The notes below the pieces were generated by a model. That model was not told the origin of the DNA. It saw only the letters and a list, made by a program, of their open reading frames with translations, and did no database searches. From Felis catus (lineage: Eukaryota), in NCBI RefSeq assembly GCF_018350175.1, contig NC_058368.1, forward strand, positions 113,460,001 through 113,524,000: 64,000 nucleotides of DNA, read 5' to 3'. Shown here in pieces: positions 61,927-64,000 of the stretch (its first letter is position 1; every line of letters starts with the position of its first letter). Both the position numbers and the translations under genes were made by a program.

Positions 61927-64000
61927 GGGCAGAGTGGCCGCCCAAAACTCTAGAATCACTCCAGCAACCTACAGCCTCAGCTGACCTCCTGGAGACATCC
62001 ACCCCAGGCCTCCACTCACCCTGCTCATCTGAGACAGGAAACGTCTGCATGTGCCCACTGCCCTCTCCACCTGGACAGCCTGCTCAGCTCTCCCTGCAGG
62101 GTGTCTGGCTTTGGGAACTTCACAAAGGCACTGTCTCACCTGGTCCCTTCAGTTCTGAACTCCTGTCTGTCCCTTCTGTGAGGACACATGGCATCAAATC
62201 ATTATGATACCAAAAAATAAAACAAAACAAAACAAAAAAAGGACCTAATACTTTACCCACATCTCACCAAGAATGCTTCTTAGAAAAGCCTGAGGTTGAT
62301 GGCTATTATACTCCACTGACAGAATCATTAATGATTCGCTTTAAGACAATAAGTTAAAGACATTCTCAGCCTCATGGAAGGAGACCGCCAAGTGAGGCAC
62401 TTTTCTTCCAACCACCTTAGAGTCGATTACATGAGAAGGGCTTGCTCTATGAAGCCCTGTTGTTCAAAGCTCGGTAAATATCCTGAGGCAGAGAGCATAA
62501 TTACAGGCAAGTAACCATTTTCTGAATACCGTGAGTGTCTGAGCTATTCATACCAATACCTAAGAGAAGCAAGAGCTACGTGGGCTTTCCAGAGATCAAG
62601 CTACAGAGTTGATGCCAAGTCTGACCGCCTACGACGACGGCCAAATCCCAGAGCTCCCAGGCAATGAAAGGCGCAATGGACGAGTCACCCAACAGTCCTG
62701 GAGGAGGGACATCATTTAGCAGGTATGCCTTGCGTCCCTAATCACAGCTGTTGAGTCACCAAGCTAAAGTCCTCCACAGTACTGCCCTCATCACGTCACT
62801 CCACTGCTCAAAACCTTTCTATGGCTCCCGACTGCCAAGAAAACAAAGTTCAAACTTCACAGATTGGTATGAAGCGTCCTTCAAAACCTGCCTCAAACCC
62901 CCCCTTTCTGGCTACCCTCCACCGGAATCCCTCATGACCCACCTTCCTTCCCTTCTTTTCCCCTACATTTGAAGCCCACCTCCATCAGGAAGCCCTATCC
63001 ACCCCAATGCCAGGGCAGAGGTGTCATGTGAAACCCTGCCGTGTTTTCCAACAAGTTCCATTTCTACAAACTCCAAGTTGTCCCCAACCCCAAAACCATG
63101 TGAACCATGTCTGATTCCTTTTCAGCTTAGGAGGGGAAAGGACTTCTCTCCGCAGCTGACAACTTTCACTGGAGTTCGGCAATTCTCCTATTATCTGGAA
63201 GATGAAATGCTCTACATCGTCCGTGCCTGGGGTTTATATTTCACCAAGTGGTGTCAGCACTGATATAGTAACCTCCCATTTTTATTGAGCAGCTCACAAT
63301 GTAATTGATGACATCTGCTGGGGCTGGTATTTGAGGTGAAGGCTAGCCTCATTTCTGCCAGCTCTCCCCACGGCTCGGTATGTAAATAGCCCACAGCGGC
63401 AACACCTGAGCTACAAAGTGGGGCTTCTCGGCTGAGGTCCTCAATTATACCCCATAAAGTCATCAGGTTTTATATGAGGAGGATTTATCTCAGCAGATCC
63501 AGTTTTCATGCCTACGGAACTAGAAAAAGAGGGAGCAGGGCTGGGAATCTGCTCGATACGCTTGCCTTCATTCCCAGGAGAGAAAAATCCTTCTTTGGGC
63601 TTTTTGGTTAAGCAGATTTAAATACCATGCTCTCTTTGATGCTCAAAGTTTCTGTATGAACACCCAAATCAAGGGAAACTATCGTGTATATCCCCAAGCG
63701 GCAAATGATACCCACCTTCCAAGTATTATCTTTCCCAATGTCTACTAGTAAAAATGAAAAAGGCTTCTCCTGGTGAAGTTTTAGTATTTGTTTCCAAGTC
63801 TTGGGGAAGAGTAAATCTGGCAGTTATTTAGAGAACATCTGATCCTTACAGGACAAGAACCTATTTCTGGTTCTGGGCTGGAAACAATTAGTTCACTGGC
63901 ACCGGCAGCTGAGATACGTCCCTCAGCAAAATCGTGGTAGGAATGCTTGTAGAAAGGCTCGTTTGTCAGGCACGGACAGAGAACGTGCGGCTCTGTTTCT

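Noticed and set aside
1-64000. CRISPR array, operon or other prokaryote-type system
   Set aside because: Mammalian DNA; the recurring repeats are dispersed SINEs and LINEs, not regularly spaced arrays.

Overview
Non-coding mammalian DNA from a cat-family (Felidae) genome. The assignment rests on about 21 tRNA-derived carnivore SINEs (including the young felid SINEC_Fc type) and young felid-type L1 3' ends. These sit on an old eutherian background of MIR, L2, L1M, an MLT1 LTR and MER5/MER58 hAT transposons. The assembly is a draft with four N gaps. I recognise no protein-coding exon; the listed ORFs come from repeats or chance. SINE orientation bias and repeat-free, enhancer-like blocks suggest, by inference only, a large intron of a minus-strand gene. 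I found no supportable new biological system. The notable content is a readable record of retrotransposition and repair: (1) a TSD-flanked composite at 58.5-59.15 kb that looks like a multi-template-switch repair inside a SINE, (2) a tailless 5S rRNA retropseudogene, (3) two probable L1 3' transductions, (4) a twin-primed L1, and (5) nested and same-site SINE insertions. Repeat family names are from memory of consensus sequences, not from a database search. Boundaries of old repeats are approximate.
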